Source of the DNA: Candidatus Saccharimonadota bacterium
GTDB lineage: Bacteria > Patescibacteriota > Gracilibacteria > UBA4473
Direction of reading: 5' to 3'
Length of the DNA: 32,000 nucleotides
NCBI GenBank assembly: GCA_020632335.1
Contig: JACKFV010000001.1
Span: 270,001 to 302,000 of the forward strand
Part shown: positions 8,286 through 17,583 of the stretch, piece after piece
Layout: each line of letters starts with the position of its first letter
Numbering within the stretch: the first letter of the stretch is position 1
Made by a program: the position numbers and the translations under genes
Notes under the pieces: model-generated
What the model saw: only the letters and a program-made list of their open reading frames with translations
What the model was told of the DNA's origin: nothing
Databases searched by the model: none

Positions 8286-9461
8286 CTAGAGGTTCTCCAG
8301 CCCCTGTAGCCCGGGCATGGGCTTACCACTGAGGTACTCCAGCATAGCTCCGCCACCAGTGCATACATGGCTGAACTGCTGTGGGTCTATATCTTCTCGC
8401 TGCAGGGCCTCCAGGCTATCTCCCCCACCGATGAGCGTGGTACCACTGTTCTTTGCAATGGCGGTGAAGATCTCCCGCGTGCCGGCTGCAAACCGCGGGT
8501 GGGTGTTCACTCCCATGGTTCCATTGCAGATGATAGCGCTGCTGTGGGCGATGATTTCTCGGAAGCTAGCGATGGTATGCGGCCCGATATCTAACATCTG
8601 CATGCTGCCCATCACGTCCTCCACGGGGGCATCCAGCACCAGGGGCGACTCCAGGCCATCCGCACAGCGCACGTCTACCGGCAGGTGCACGCCAGTGCCA
8701 GACTGCTCGGCCTGCAGCAGTATCTCCATCGCGTCGTCGGTCATCTCGGCCTCATAGAGCGAGCTGCCGGGGTCATAGCCCTGCGCCGCCAGGAAGGTAT
8801 TCGCCACCGCACCACCGATGAGCATCTGCTCGGCTACCCCCGTAAACTGGCGCAGCACGGGGATTTTCGTCTCCATCTTGGCCCCCCCCAGCACCACGGT
8901 AAGCCCAGGTATAATGCGCTTCTCGGGGATGACATAGGGGCTGAGGGCGCGCACTTCCTTGAGGACCAGAAGCCCCGCGTAGCACGGCACCTGCCCGTGG
9001 AAGCCCACCATGCTGGCATGCGCGCGGTGGCTGGTGGCAAAGGCATCGTTGACGTATTTCTCCGGCGAGAGACCCCGTAGCTGCGCGCGGAAAGCCGGGT
9101 CATTACTCTCCTCCCCTGCGAAAAACCGCAGATTCTCGTGCAGCTGCACCGGCGCGTCACTGGCGGTCAGGTCCTCGCGGAAGGCCACCTTCACCCCCAG
9201 ATGCTCCTCCAGCAGTGGCAGCAGCACACGGGTAGAGAGCTCCGGCACGCGTCGTCCCTTCGGCCGGCCAATATGCGTGAGGATATGCAGCTGCCGTGGC
9301 TCGTCATTCAGCAGGGTCTGCAGCGTAGGCAAACTCTCTAGCACGCGCGTAGGGTCGGTGATGTGGCCCCCCTCTAGCGGGACGTTCATATCAACGCGCA
9401 CTACAACGCACTGGCCCTCTGCGGAGGGGAAGACTGATGGCGGCTCGGCGTCTGGGGTCAT
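8286..9461 (-). CDS. pgk: phosphoglycerate kinase
   Basis: Motifs VRVDMNVPL, NDAFATSHRAHAS and GGGDS are present, and the length is collinear with Pgk. Confidence 0.95.
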   Translation of the reverse strand: MTPDAEPPSVFPSAEGQCVVVRVDMNVPLEGGHITDPTRVLESLPTLQTLLNDEPRQLHILTHIGRPKGRRVPELSTRVLLPLLEEHLGVKVAFREDLTASDAPVQLHENLRFFAGEESNDPAFRAQLRGLSPEKYVNDAFATSHRAHASMVGFHGQVPCYAGLLVLKEVRALSPYVIPEKRIIPGLTVVLGGAKMETKIPVLRQFTGVAEQMLIGGAVANTFLAAQGYDPGSSLYEAEMTDDAMEILLQAEQSGTGVHLPVDVRCADGLESPLVLDAPVEDVMGSMQMLDIGPHTIASFREIIAHSSAIICNGTMGVNTHPRFAAGTREIFTAIAKNSGTTLIGGGDSLEALQREDIDPQQFSHVCTGGGAMLEYLSGKPMPGLQGLENL

Positions 9462-9469
9462 ATAGCTCT

Positions 9470-9498
9470 ATAGTACGGGGCTGCTGGCTTGGGGTCAA
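9470..9498 (-). promoter_or_regulatory. sigma70-type promoter predicting a leaderless pgk mRNA
   Basis: On the minus strand: TTGACC (9498-9493), 17 nt, TACTAT (9475-9470), 8 nt, then ATG at 9461. Confidence 0.4.
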
Positions 9499-9517
9499 TA
9501 CCCGCAGGAGGGAAACG

Positions 9518-11428
9518 CTAGAGCATCTGCCGGAGGGACTCGAGCTGCTTCTCGGTGAGGATTTCTCGTAGCGCAGTTTCCTCTGCCACGCGCACCCCAC
9601 GCACACTGCCAAAGCGCTGCAGGAGCTTTTTTTTGGTCTGGGGGCCGATGCCAGGCACTGCATCCAGCTGGCTCTTGACCTGCGCCTTAGCTCGTAAATT
9701 GCGGTTATAGCTGAGGGCAAAGCGGTGCGCCTCATCACGGACCCGCTGTAGCAGCTGTACCGCGGGGTGATCTGTGCCCAGTATAAGTGGCTCTCGCTCC
9801 CCCACGCGGTAAATGGCCTCCTCCTGCTTGGCCAGGGCGATGATCTGCTCGGCCGGGTTGAAGCCCTCGGGGAAGGGGTGTGACGCGCCATAATCCCGCA
9901 CGGCGTCCAGCACACGGCTCAGCTGGCCGGCTCCACCGTCGATCACGATGAGGTCTGGGGTGCGGTCAGCAAAGCTCCCCCCCCGGTCCTCCAGCCGAGC
10001 AAAACGGCGCGAGAGTACCTCATACATGGCCTGGTAGTCGTCTATCTGCCCCTCGGTAAGGGACTGGATCTTGTAACGTCGGTACTGGGACTTCTGCGGC
10101 TCTCCGTCGAGAAATACCACCTGCGACGCTACCGTGTGCGTGCCCCCCAGGTGCGAGATGTCATAGCACTCGATGCGGCGCGGAGGCGTGTCTAGCCCCA
10201 GCGCAGCGGTAAGCGACGGCACCGCACGGCTGAATACCTGGCTATGGCTCTGCTGCTCTATGGCGTCTTTCTCGGCTGCGTGGGCGGCATTGCGCTGGGC
10301 GAGTTCGAGAATACGGCGCTTCTCCCCCTTCTGCGGTACGTGCAGGTGGCAGCGGTATGGGGTGCCCGTCACCTGCTGGAGGTAGTCCAGGAGGGCCTCA
10401 TTGTCCTCGGGGAGTGCGGGCACATAGAGCTCTCGCGGGAGCTCATCTACCGCCGCATAGAACTGCAGCAGGCACTGGGTGATGATCTCCTCATCAGGAG
10501 TGTCAGCGCTGGCGGTCAGCCGCAGGGGGGTCTGGTCCAGCAGCTTCCCTCCACGGAAGCTCAGCCGCACCCCGTGCACATTACGGCCCATGGGGTCCTC
10601 GTGACGCGCATAGTGGAGAAAATCCCGTGTGATGCCATCGGTGAACTCCACCTGCTGGCGCTGCACGGTGTCGTCGATGCTCTGCAGGAGGTCACGGTAC
10701 TTGGCGGCTGCCTCATAGGCCTGGGTACTCACAGCGGTCTGCATCTTCTCCAGGAGCGTCGTCTTGACGGCTCGGGTGTCACCGCGTAGGAACTGCTTCA
10801 TCTGCTGCAGGCGCTGCTGGTAGTCGGTTACCGAGATCTCTCCCGCACAAGGCCCCGTGCAACGGCGGATGTGGTAGTCCATACAGGGCAGCGAGCGGCG
10901 CTCGGGGTTGGCGGTGACGGTGACGCGATTATCCTCATCGGTGGTCATCTGCAGCCGGCAGGTACGGATGCCAAAGAGCTGCTGGCACAGGCGGAGCGTC
11001 TTGCGCAGCGCACGGCTATTAGTCCGCGGGCCCATGTAGAAGGAGCCGTCACGCACGATGCGCCGGGTGACCATGATCCTCGGCACGGGGTCTTTGGTAA
11101 TACGCAGGTAGAGGAAGGTCTTGTCATCGCGCAGGAGCACGTTGAACTTGGGGGCACAGGACTTGATGAGGTTATTCTCGAGGATGAGCGCCTCCATTTC
11201 GCTCTGCACGATGCGGGTCTCTATCCGGGCGATTTTGCTCACCATCAGCTGGATGCGCTGGGATTTCTTCGTGCCGCTGAAGTAGCTGCTCACGCGCTTG
11301 CGCAGGTGCTTGGCCTTGCCCACGTAGAGGAGCTCGCCGGCCGCGTCGTAGTAGAGGTAGCACCCGGGGGATGCGGGGATGAGCGTGCGGTCGTAGTGGA
11401 ACGGAGCCTCCGTCATAACCATCACCAT
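9518..11428 (-). CDS. uvrC: excinuclease ABC subunit C
   Basis: It has an N-terminal GIY-YIG domain (PGCYLYYDAAGELLYVGKAKHLRKRVSSYF), a UvrB-binding region, an Endo V-like domain and a C-terminal (HhH)2. The true start may be the ATG at 11416 (MTEAPF). Confidence 0.95.
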   Translation of the reverse strand: MVMVMTEAPFHYDRTLIPASPGCYLYYDAAGELLYVGKAKHLRKRVSSYFSGTKKSQRIQLMVSKIARIETRIVQSEMEALILENNLIKSCAPKFNVLLRDDKTFLYLRITKDPVPRIMVTRRIVRDGSFYMGPRTNSRALRKTLRLCQQLFGIRTCRLQMTTDEDNRVTVTANPERRSLPCMDYHIRRCTGPCAGEISVTDYQQRLQQMKQFLRGDTRAVKTTLLEKMQTAVSTQAYEAAAKYRDLLQSIDDTVQRQQVEFTDGITRDFLHYARHEDPMGRNVHGVRLSFRGGKLLDQTPLRLTASADTPDEEIITQCLLQFYAAVDELPRELYVPALPEDNEALLDYLQQVTGTPYRCHLHVPQKGEKRRILELAQRNAAHAAEKDAIEQQSHSQVFSRAVPSLTAALGLDTPPRRIECYDISHLGGTHTVASQVVFLDGEPQKSQYRRYKIQSLTEGQIDDYQAMYEVLSRRFARLEDRGGSFADRTPDLIVIDGGAGQLSRVLDAVRDYGASHPFPEGFNPAEQIIALAKQEEAIYRVGEREPLILGTDHPAVQLLQRVRDEAHRFALSYNRNLRAKAQVKSQLDAVPGIGPQTKKKLLQRFGSVRGVRVAEETALREILTEKQLESLRQML

Positions 11429-11455
11429 AGGCAGGATAGCACTCCTGTAAATGCT

Positions 11456-12736
11456 CTAGGTGATATCAGCCCCCAGACTACGCAGATTGGCGGCAAAGTG
11501 TTCGTAGCCACGGTCTATCCAGTGGATGTCTGTCACGGTGGTGGTCCCCTCGGCTATCAGCCCCGCGAGTACCATAGACGCCCCCGCACGGAGGTCCCAG
11601 CTGTGTACCATCGTCCCCCGCAGCTGCACCGGCCCGGTGATGTCTGCCTGGTGGGGGTTTAAAATGCGTACCTGCGCCCCCATGCGTTTGAGCTCCCAGA
11701 GGTAGCCAAGGCGCCCCTCGTACATCCAGTCAAAGAGCTGGGTAGTGCCCGCACACTGGGTCAGCAGTACCGCCATCGGGCTCTGGATGTCGGGTATCAG
11801 CCCCGGGTAGATATTTGGCTTGACTACCCGTACGGCGCGCAAATCATGCGGGCCGTGCACCCGCAGCGTGTTTTCCTCGGTCGTGGGAGCCTCATGGCAG
11901 GTGAAGCGCACCCCCAGCCGCTGCAGCACTCCGTAGAAGCTATAGAGGTCCCGGTGGGGCACATTAGTGAGGGTGACGTCTCCCCCGGTGATGGCCGCCG
12001 CAATGGCATAGGTGCCTGTAGCGGTCACGTCTGGCGTCACGGTGAAGCGTCCCCCCCGCAGCGTATGGCTCCCCGTGATGCGCAGGTGGTGCGTGCCGAT
12101 GCCCTCTACTGTCGCGCCCATGCTCTGCAGCATATGGAGGGTCGTCTGCACCTGGGGGTCCGCTGCGGCAAAGGTGATCTCGCCCGTGGCCGCCACCCCT
12201 GCCAGGAATACCGCAAGCGTCTCAGTACCCGTGACGCTCGCTTCGTCCAGCATCATACGGGGGCTCTGCAGCCCCGTGCGGGCATAGCGCAGGTGGAGGC
12301 AGTCACTGGCCTGCAGCACCTCTACCCCAAAGGTCTCCAGCCCCTCCAGGTGCGTGTGCAGCGGCCGCACCCCAATGGTATCGCCGCCGGGCATGGGCAT
12401 GCGCACCTCCCCAAAGCGTGCCACCAGCGCCCCCGCCATGATGATATTGGCTCGCGTTTTGCTGAGCTGACTACAGCGCTCTATCTTCTCGGGGGTGATA
12501 TCCGCACACTGCACGGTCACGGTTTTGGCGTTTTTGTCCCACGCTACACGGGCGCCAATGGCCTCCAGCGTCTCGAGGAAATACTGCACGTCGGAGATCT
12601 CCGGCACGTCACACAGGGTACAGGGCTCGCTCGTCAGCAGCGTACAGGCGATCATCGGCAGTACCGAGTTTTTCTCCCCACTGATGCGCAGCGTCCCGTG
12701 GAGCGGCCGGCCACCCTGGATAGTATAGACAGACAT
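11456..12736 (-). CDS. murA: UDP-N-acetylglucosamine 1-carboxyvinyltransferase
   Basis: MSVYTIQGGRPLHGTLRISGEKNSVLP is collinear with the E. coli MurA N-terminus. The listed ORF extends to a GTG at 12763, but the ATG at 12736 matches homolog N-termini. The active-site loop reads PGGDTIGVRP. Confidence 0.93.
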   Translation of the reverse strand: MSVYTIQGGRPLHGTLRISGEKNSVLPMIACTLLTSEPCTLCDVPEISDVQYFLETLEAIGARVAWDKNAKTVTVQCADITPEKIERCSQLSKTRANIIMAGALVARFGEVRMPMPGGDTIGVRPLHTHLEGLETFGVEVLQASDCLHLRYARTGLQSPRMMLDEASVTGTETLAVFLAGVAATGEITFAAADPQVQTTLHMLQSMGATVEGIGTHHLRITGSHTLRGGRFTVTPDVTATGTYAIAAAITGGDVTLTNVPHRDLYSFYGVLQRLGVRFTCHEAPTTEENTLRVHGPHDLRAVRVVKPNIYPGLIPDIQSPMAVLLTQCAGTTQLFDWMYEGRLGYLWELKRMGAQVRILNPHQADITGPVQLRGTMVHSWDLRAGASMVLAGLIAEGTTTVTDIHWIDRGYEHFAANLRSLGADIT

Positions 12737-12791
12737 GATAAGAGAGAAGCGTAACCCTCCCACTGTAGACCAGTAATGACGGAGCGCAAGG

Positions 12792-12819
12792 TGGACTTGG
12801 GGAAGGGAATGGCTAGACT
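12792..12819 (+). promoter_or_regulatory. sigma70-type promoter predicting a leaderless mutL mRNA
   Basis: TGGACT (12792-12797), 16 nt, TAGACT (12814-12819), 6 nt, then ATG at 12826. Confidence 0.4.
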
Positions 12820-12825
12820 CACAGC

Positions 12826-14580
12826 ATGAGTATTATCCACCGCCTGCCACAGAGCGTTGCCGACCAGATAGCCGCGGGAGAAGTCGTGGAGCGGCCCGCC
12901 AGCATCGTGAAGGAACTCATCGAGAATAGCCTGGACGCCGGCGCCACCCAGGTAGCTATAACGCTGGAGCGGGGAGGCAAGCAGCGCCTGAGCGTGCACG
13001 ACAACGGCCAGGGTATGAGCCAGGAGGACCTGCCCCGCAGCATAGAACGCCACGCCACTAGCAAGATACGCCGCATAGAGGATCTCTTCCGGGTGCAGAG
13101 TTTTGGCTTCCGGGGGGAGGCTCTGGCGGCCGTAGCCAGCGTGAGCAGCCTCACCATTACCTCTCGGCAGGCGGCAGATAGCACCGCTCATCAGCTACGT
13201 GTGCGGCACGGGGCGCCCTCTCCCGTCACTCCTACAGCGGCTAACCCGGGCACTACGGTGCTGGTGGAGGAGCTCTTTGCGTCGGTGCCGGCACGGCTGC
13301 AGTACCTCAGGACGGACAGTACCGAACGGTCGCACATCTACGCCACGGTGCAGGCCCTGGCGCTGCAGCATGTGGGGGTGGGGTTCCGGGTGGAGAGCGA
13401 GGGTAAAACCGTGCTGGACTACCCCCCGGGCGATGAGCTCTCGCGGTTGCAGGCCATACTGGGGGAGAGCGCGGGGCAGCTCATACCAGTGGAGTACCAC
13501 GCGCAGACCCTGCGGATAGAGGGCTACACGGCGCACCCGCAGCAGCTCAGTAACCATAAGCGACACCAGTACCTGTATGTGAATGGCCGGCCGGTGGAGG
13601 ACTGGCGGCTGGCACATGCGGTACGAGAGGCCTATGCGCAGAGTAGCGGTATCCCCAAGGGGAGTCAGCCCTGGTGGGTACTGCGGCTGCAGTTGGACCC
13701 TATCCTCGTGGATATCAACGTCCACCCGCGCAAAACCGAGGTGAAATTCGCTGAGCCCAGTGAGATCTACCACCACGTGCAGCGCGCGGTACGGGCCGCC
13801 ATCGCTACGATCAGTGGCCAGCGCGCCCCCGGTATGCCTGCTCCAGACCCCCTCGCCCGCCTGTCCTCACGCTCTGGTAATACGCCCCAGCAGCCTCTTG
13901 TGCCTGGGTTGGCGGTGAGTTTTGCGGAGCGGTTTGCCGCCCGAGACCGGGGGCCATTACCGAGTACCACGCCAAGTACTCCCCCCGCAGCCACGCTGCC
14001 ACCCAGCCAGGAGCTGCGGTACCTTGGCCAGGCGGGGAGAAAGTTCCTCCTGGCCGAGAGCGACACGGGGCTCTATCTCTTTGACCAGCACGCGCTGCAC
14101 GAGCGCCAGCGGTTTGAGCAGCTGTACCGTGAGCTCCGAGAGGGAACCTTCAGCGTGCAGGGGCTGCTGAGTCCCGTCATCGTACCGCTGAGCCTGGCAG
14201 AGGCAGAGGCGCTGCAGGAGCATGCTGGGGTCTTCTCTCAGATGGGGATAGTAGCGGAGATCGGCCAGCAGGAGGTCACCATAGAGGCGCTTCCCACGCT
14301 GCTCGCGGGGAGTGACAGCGCGCAGATGGTGCATGATATCCTCGGATACATCACCCAGCATGGTACTACGGAGCTGCCCCTGGAGCGTGTACTCCGGGTG
14401 CTGCTGGAGTATAAATCCTGCCGAGGCGCGGTGAAATTCGGCGATGCGCTGAGCCCCACTGAGGCTGAATATCTGCTCCAGCAGCTGGATAACACGGTGT
14501 GGGCGCTGCTATGCCCGCATGGCCGGCCCAACTACCAGTACTGGAGCTGGGAGGAACTGGAGCGCCTCAGTGGCCGCTAA
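12826..14580 (+). CDS. mutL: DNA mismatch repair protein MutL, endonuclease-type
   Basis: The GHKL ATPase N-terminus is present (IAAGEVVERPASIVKELIENSLDAGAT). The C-terminal endonuclease motif DQHALHERQRFE (DQHAxxExxxxE) is present, along with SCRGAVKFGD and CPHGRP. Confidence 0.95.
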   Translation: MSIIHRLPQSVADQIAAGEVVERPASIVKELIENSLDAGATQVAITLERGGKQRLSVHDNGQGMSQEDLPRSIERHATSKIRRIEDLFRVQSFGFRGEALAAVASVSSLTITSRQAADSTAHQLRVRHGAPSPVTPTAANPGTTVLVEELFASVPARLQYLRTDSTERSHIYATVQALALQHVGVGFRVESEGKTVLDYPPGDELSRLQAILGESAGQLIPVEYHAQTLRIEGYTAHPQQLSNHKRHQYLYVNGRPVEDWRLAHAVREAYAQSSGIPKGSQPWWVLRLQLDPILVDINVHPRKTEVKFAEPSEIYHHVQRAVRAAIATISGQRAPGMPAPDPLARLSSRSGNTPQQPLVPGLAVSFAERFAARDRGPLPSTTPSTPPAATLPPSQELRYLGQAGRKFLLAESDTGLYLFDQHALHERQRFEQLYRELREGTFSVQGLLSPVIVPLSLAEAEALQEHAGVFSQMGIVAEIGQQEVTIEALPTLLAGSDSAQMVHDILGYITQHGTTELPLERVLRVLLEYKSCRGAVKFGDALSPTEAEYLLQQLDNTVWALLCPHGRPNYQYWSWEELERLSGR

Positions 14581-14597
14581 TACCTATATACGTGTAT

Positions 14598-15254
14598 ATG
14601 AGACTCGCGCAGCAACTGGGATTCTTCCAGACCACCGACCTCGAGCCGCTGATGAGCTACGTCACGCAGCAGGCAGCGCCGGGCGACGTGCCGGGGGTGC
14701 TCCGGGCACTGGAAACCTATGGCACCACGGTAGCGTACATGATGCACCTGGGGCCCCACGCGCGGCAGGTGCTGGAGCAAGTACTGCGCGAGCACCGCCC
14801 CCGGCGGATCCTGGAGATAGGCATGTACTGTGGCTACTCCAGCCTCTGTATGGCCCACGCGCTGCCCAGCAGCCGCATCACCGGTATCGAGCACTCCCGC
14901 AGCTCTCCCGCGCTCTGCCAGGCGCTCTTTGCTTATGCGAGGGTGGAGCAGCAGATAGAGATCATCCGTGCCAGGGCCGAGAAGGCCATACCTACGCTGC
15001 CTACTGCCTATGACCTCGTGCTGATGGACCACAATAAATCGCTCTACCTACAGGATTTCACGCTGCTGCTCCTGCACCAGAGGCTCGCTATGGGAGGGGT
15101 CATAGTAGCGGATAATGTGAATCTGGGGGCCGCAAAAGCCTTCACCGAGCACCTGCAGTCACGCCCAGACTTCTCGGTGACGGTACACGTCTTCCCTCGG
15201 CATGGTGACCCCGAGCAGACTGACAGCATGCTGGTAGGGGTATACCAGCCCTAG
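14598..15254 (+). CDS. catechol O-methyltransferase-like SAM-dependent methyltransferase
   Basis: It is collinear with animal soluble COMT as I recall that sequence (YV.Q.A.PGD...VL.A..TY; LE(I/L)G.YCGYS; MDHNK versus LDHWK; ADNV). The start is set at ATG 14598 because the listed 14499 start overlaps mutL. Confidence 0.75.
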   Translation: MRLAQQLGFFQTTDLEPLMSYVTQQAAPGDVPGVLRALETYGTTVAYMMHLGPHARQVLEQVLREHRPRRILEIGMYCGYSSLCMAHALPSSRITGIEHSRSSPALCQALFAYARVEQQIEIIRARAEKAIPTLPTAYDLVLMDHNKSLYLQDFTLLLLHQRLAMGGVIVADNVNLGAAKAFTEHLQSRPDFSVTVHVFPRHGDPEQTDSMLVGVYQP

Positions 15255-15261
15255 AGCATGG

Positions 15262-15636
15262 CTATGCTGGCTTGGTAGTAAGGCGCCTATAGTGCACGTG
15301 CAGCAGGAGGAGCACCCCTCCGAGGATGCCCATATCTCGCACCAGGAGCGTCCCCTGTACGCTCATCAGCACCCCCAGGAAGGCCAACAGCAGCACGCCA
15401 TACGGCCACGCGCCCCCCACACCAAAGAGAATCGCCAGCGCGCAGAGGATCTCTACCCCGCCGTGTATCTGCACGAGGGTGTCGGGGTTGCCTAGGCTGT
15501 CCGTCCAAGCCGGGAGCAGCGTGCTGTACTCGCCAGGGTTCAGGATGCTGGTGATACCAAAGTAGAGAAACACCCCCATGAGGAGGAGTTTCGCTACAAA
15601 GTATAGGGCCTTACTACGGCTAAAAAATGCCTGCAT
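15262..15636 (-). CDS. DoxX-like small membrane protein
   Basis: The 124-aa ORF has four predicted TM helices and a DoxX-like pattern (AKLLLMGVFLYFG...GGVEILCALAILFGVG). Its start lies 1 nt after the stop of the upstream cytochrome-b5-like gene. Confidence 0.5.
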   Translation of the reverse strand: MQAFFSRSKALYFVAKLLLMGVFLYFGITSILNPGEYSTLLPAWTDSLGNPDTLVQIHGGVEILCALAILFGVGGAWPYGVLLLAFLGVLMSVQGTLLVRDMGILGGVLLLLHVHYRRLTTKPA

Positions 15637-15637
15637 A

Positions 15638-16030
15638 TTACTGGGCTAGCGTACCGATCTCAAAGCCCGCGAGTGTCTGCTCTGGGCGGCGTTCACCGCC
15701 ATGTTTCCCTTCAAAGGCTGCCGTACCGTCAATCCCACAGATGCGCAGGATATTGCGGTCCCCCCCCGGGTGCTGATGTACATAAGCGGTAAGGTCATAC
15801 ACCAGGCCATTAATGGTGGTGTAGCAGTCTTCCTCGGTCGCGTGCTCGGCCACCTGCGCCAGAGTGAAGGACGGCATTGGCGTAGTGTCGGTCGTACTCG
15901 CGGTGGTAGCGGTAGTAGTGCTCCTCGTGGTAGTGGTAGCAGCGTCATCCCCATTTCTGGACTTGCCCCACTGCATAGCGAGAAGAATAACCGCCGCAGC
16001 GATGATGAGAACGAGAATGGCTTTTTTCAT
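15638..16030 (-). CDS. membrane-anchored cytochrome b5-like heme-binding domain protein
   Basis: It has an N-terminal TM helix, a Thr-rich linker and then a b5 core, VYDLTAYVHQHPGGD...FEGKHGG. Both axial His positions (HPGG and the second GH) are retained. Confidence 0.75.
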   Translation of the reverse strand: MKKAILVLIIAAAVILLAMQWGKSRNGDDAATTTTRSTTTATTASTTDTTPMPSFTLAQVAEHATEEDCYTTINGLVYDLTAYVHQHPGGDRNILRICGIDGTAAFEGKHGGERRPEQTLAGFEIGTLAQ

Positions 16031-16168
16031 ACAGGAGAGAATACAGCGCTCACATTAGCAAGATAATATTTCTTGTCCAGTCCATGTAATCAATACCTCT
16101 CCACGGAGGGAAAGGCCTCCCCTTGCCCAAAGGGAGAAACAGAGTACCTTCTCAGAAAGAGGTTCCCC

Positions 16169-16834
16169 ATGCGCCATTGTATTACACCCTTTAACCAACC
16201 TGCCTTCCTCTACAGCTGTATCACCTCTCTGGCACTGCTGCTGTGTAGCTTTGTCGTGAATATCTATGCGGGGCTCTATGCCACCGAAAAAGCCAGTAAC
16301 CCCGTGACTGACATCGTGCTGAGTAACATCCCGGCAGTAGATGTCTCCCTCGTCTTCATCTATGGGCCTTTTATCCTTTGGGCGCTGGTGGCAGGCCTGT
16401 GCATACAGCAGCCCTATCGCATTCCCTTTACGCTCAAGAGTATCAGCCTCTTTGTGCTTATTCGTTCGGTGTTCATCAGCCTCACGCACATTGGGCTCTT
16501 CCCCACGGCTACTGATTTTACCTCCGCCACCAGCCTGGGGGAGGTCATGCAGCTCTTTACCTTTGGGGGTGATCTCTTCTTCTCTGCCCATACAGGGCTC
16601 CCCTTCCTCATGGCGCTGCTCTTCTGGCCACTGCCCTTCTGGCGATGGTTCTTTACGCTCTCGGCGGTGTTCTTTGGCGTCATTGTGCTACTGGGGCACC
16701 TGCACTACTCTATAGATGTGCTCGCGGCATTCTTCATCACCTATACCATCGCCCACATAGCGCGGTGGACCTTCCCGGTAGACGCGCGTCTCTTTGACAG
16801 CGTCACCCCTGTGTCTTCTCCCACCACGTTATGA
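16169..16834 (+). CDS. PAP2_C / sphingomyelin-synthase-like lipid phosphotransferase
   Basis: It is a multi-TM protein carrying GGDLFFSAHT (compare SMS motif CGDxxxSGHT, nt 16565-16594) and HLHYSIDVLAAFFITY (compare HYTxDV, nt 16697-16744). The start is set at ATG 16169, preceded by AGAAAGAGG 7 nt upstream, which is the only clear SD site in the window. Confidence 0.6.
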   Translation: MRHCITPFNQPAFLYSCITSLALLLCSFVVNIYAGLYATEKASNPVTDIVLSNIPAVDVSLVFIYGPFILWALVAGLCIQQPYRIPFTLKSISLFVLIRSVFISLTHIGLFPTATDFTSATSLGEVMQLFTFGGDLFFSAHTGLPFLMALLFWPLPFWRWFFTLSAVFFGVIVLLGHLHYSIDVLAAFFITYTIAHIARWTFPVDARLFDSVTPVSSPTTL

Positions 16835-17574
16835 CCCCTTCTCTCAGCATCATTATCATCACGCTGAATGAAGCCGAGCGCATCACTGGCATCCTGCGGG
16901 ACCTGCAGCGACAGAGTTTTCAGGAGTTTGAGGTCATCATAGCGGATTCGAAGAGCACGGATGCAACGGCTCTGCGAGTGCTGGAGATGGCGCCGTACTT
17001 TCGGCAGTGTCGCTTTACCAACTTCCAGCAGACACTGGGGCCGTCGTATGGTCGCAACTACGGCGCGGCAGAAGCGCAATATGAGCAGCTGCTCTTCCTC
17101 GATGCCGATACCAGAATCCCCGACCAGCGCTTCCTCGAGCGATTCATGCACCTCACCAGTGCCCCCCAGGCCCCTGAGGCTGGTGCCATGTACCTGCAAC
17201 CGGGGAGTCCCTCACTGCGCTCCTGGGCCGTCTATGGGGTGATGAATCTCGGGTTTTTCCTTACCCAGTATGCCTCGCCTACGGCATGTGGGGCGTGTAT
17301 GTTCTCGACCCAGACCGTGCATCGGGCCATTGGTGGCTTCCGAGAAGACGTCTGCCTCGCAGAAGACTGTGACTACGTACGCGACGCCAAACGCCAGGGA
17401 TTCCGCGTAGGGATGCTCCCGCTACGCTACCAGTTCTCTGAACGGCGCCTCCAGCAAGACGGCTACCTGCGCACCAGCTGGACCTATCTCCAATCGCACC
17501 TGGTGCGGTTCATTACCGGCAGGAGCGTCGAGAAGGCCTCCATCCCCTATGCCTTTGGGCACTATAAATCCTAA
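16831..17574 (+). CDS. glycosyltransferase family 2
   Basis: It has the GT-A N-terminus LSIIIITLNEAERI...EVIIADSKSTD and a DxD-type motif LDAD. Its ATGA start overlaps the preceding gene by 4 nt. Confidence 0.8.
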   Translation: MTPSLSIIIITLNEAERITGILRDLQRQSFQEFEVIIADSKSTDATALRVLEMAPYFRQCRFTNFQQTLGPSYGRNYGAAEAQYEQLLFLDADTRIPDQRFLERFMHLTSAPQAPEAGAMYLQPGSPSLRSWAVYGVMNLGFFLTQYASPTACGACMFSTQTVHRAIGGFREDVCLAEDCDYVRDAKRQGFRVGMLPLRYQFSERRLQQDGYLRTSWTYLQSHLVRFITGRSVEKASIPYAFGHYKS

Positions 17575-17583
17575 GTACTGCTG

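Noticed and set aside
8270-8286. The hairpin GGGAGAG-ctg-CTCTCTC in the 20-nt gap between the convergent DUF4395-like and pgk genes, considered as a possible bidirectional terminator.
   Set aside because: It has only a 7-bp stem including one G-T wobble and a 3-nt loop. There is no U-tract on either strand, and it overlaps the pgk stop codon. The evidence is too weak to call.
14499-14597. An upstream extension of the COMT-like ORF that overlaps the end of mutL.
   Set aside because: It would overlap mutL by 82 nt and adds Pro/Ala/Gly junk. The homology to COMT begins just after the ATG at 14598.
16073-16168. An upstream extension of the PAP2_C-like ORF.
   Set aside because: The ATG at 16169 is preceded by the only good SD in the window (AGAAAGAGG), and the first TM helix follows it. 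The extension has no homology signal.
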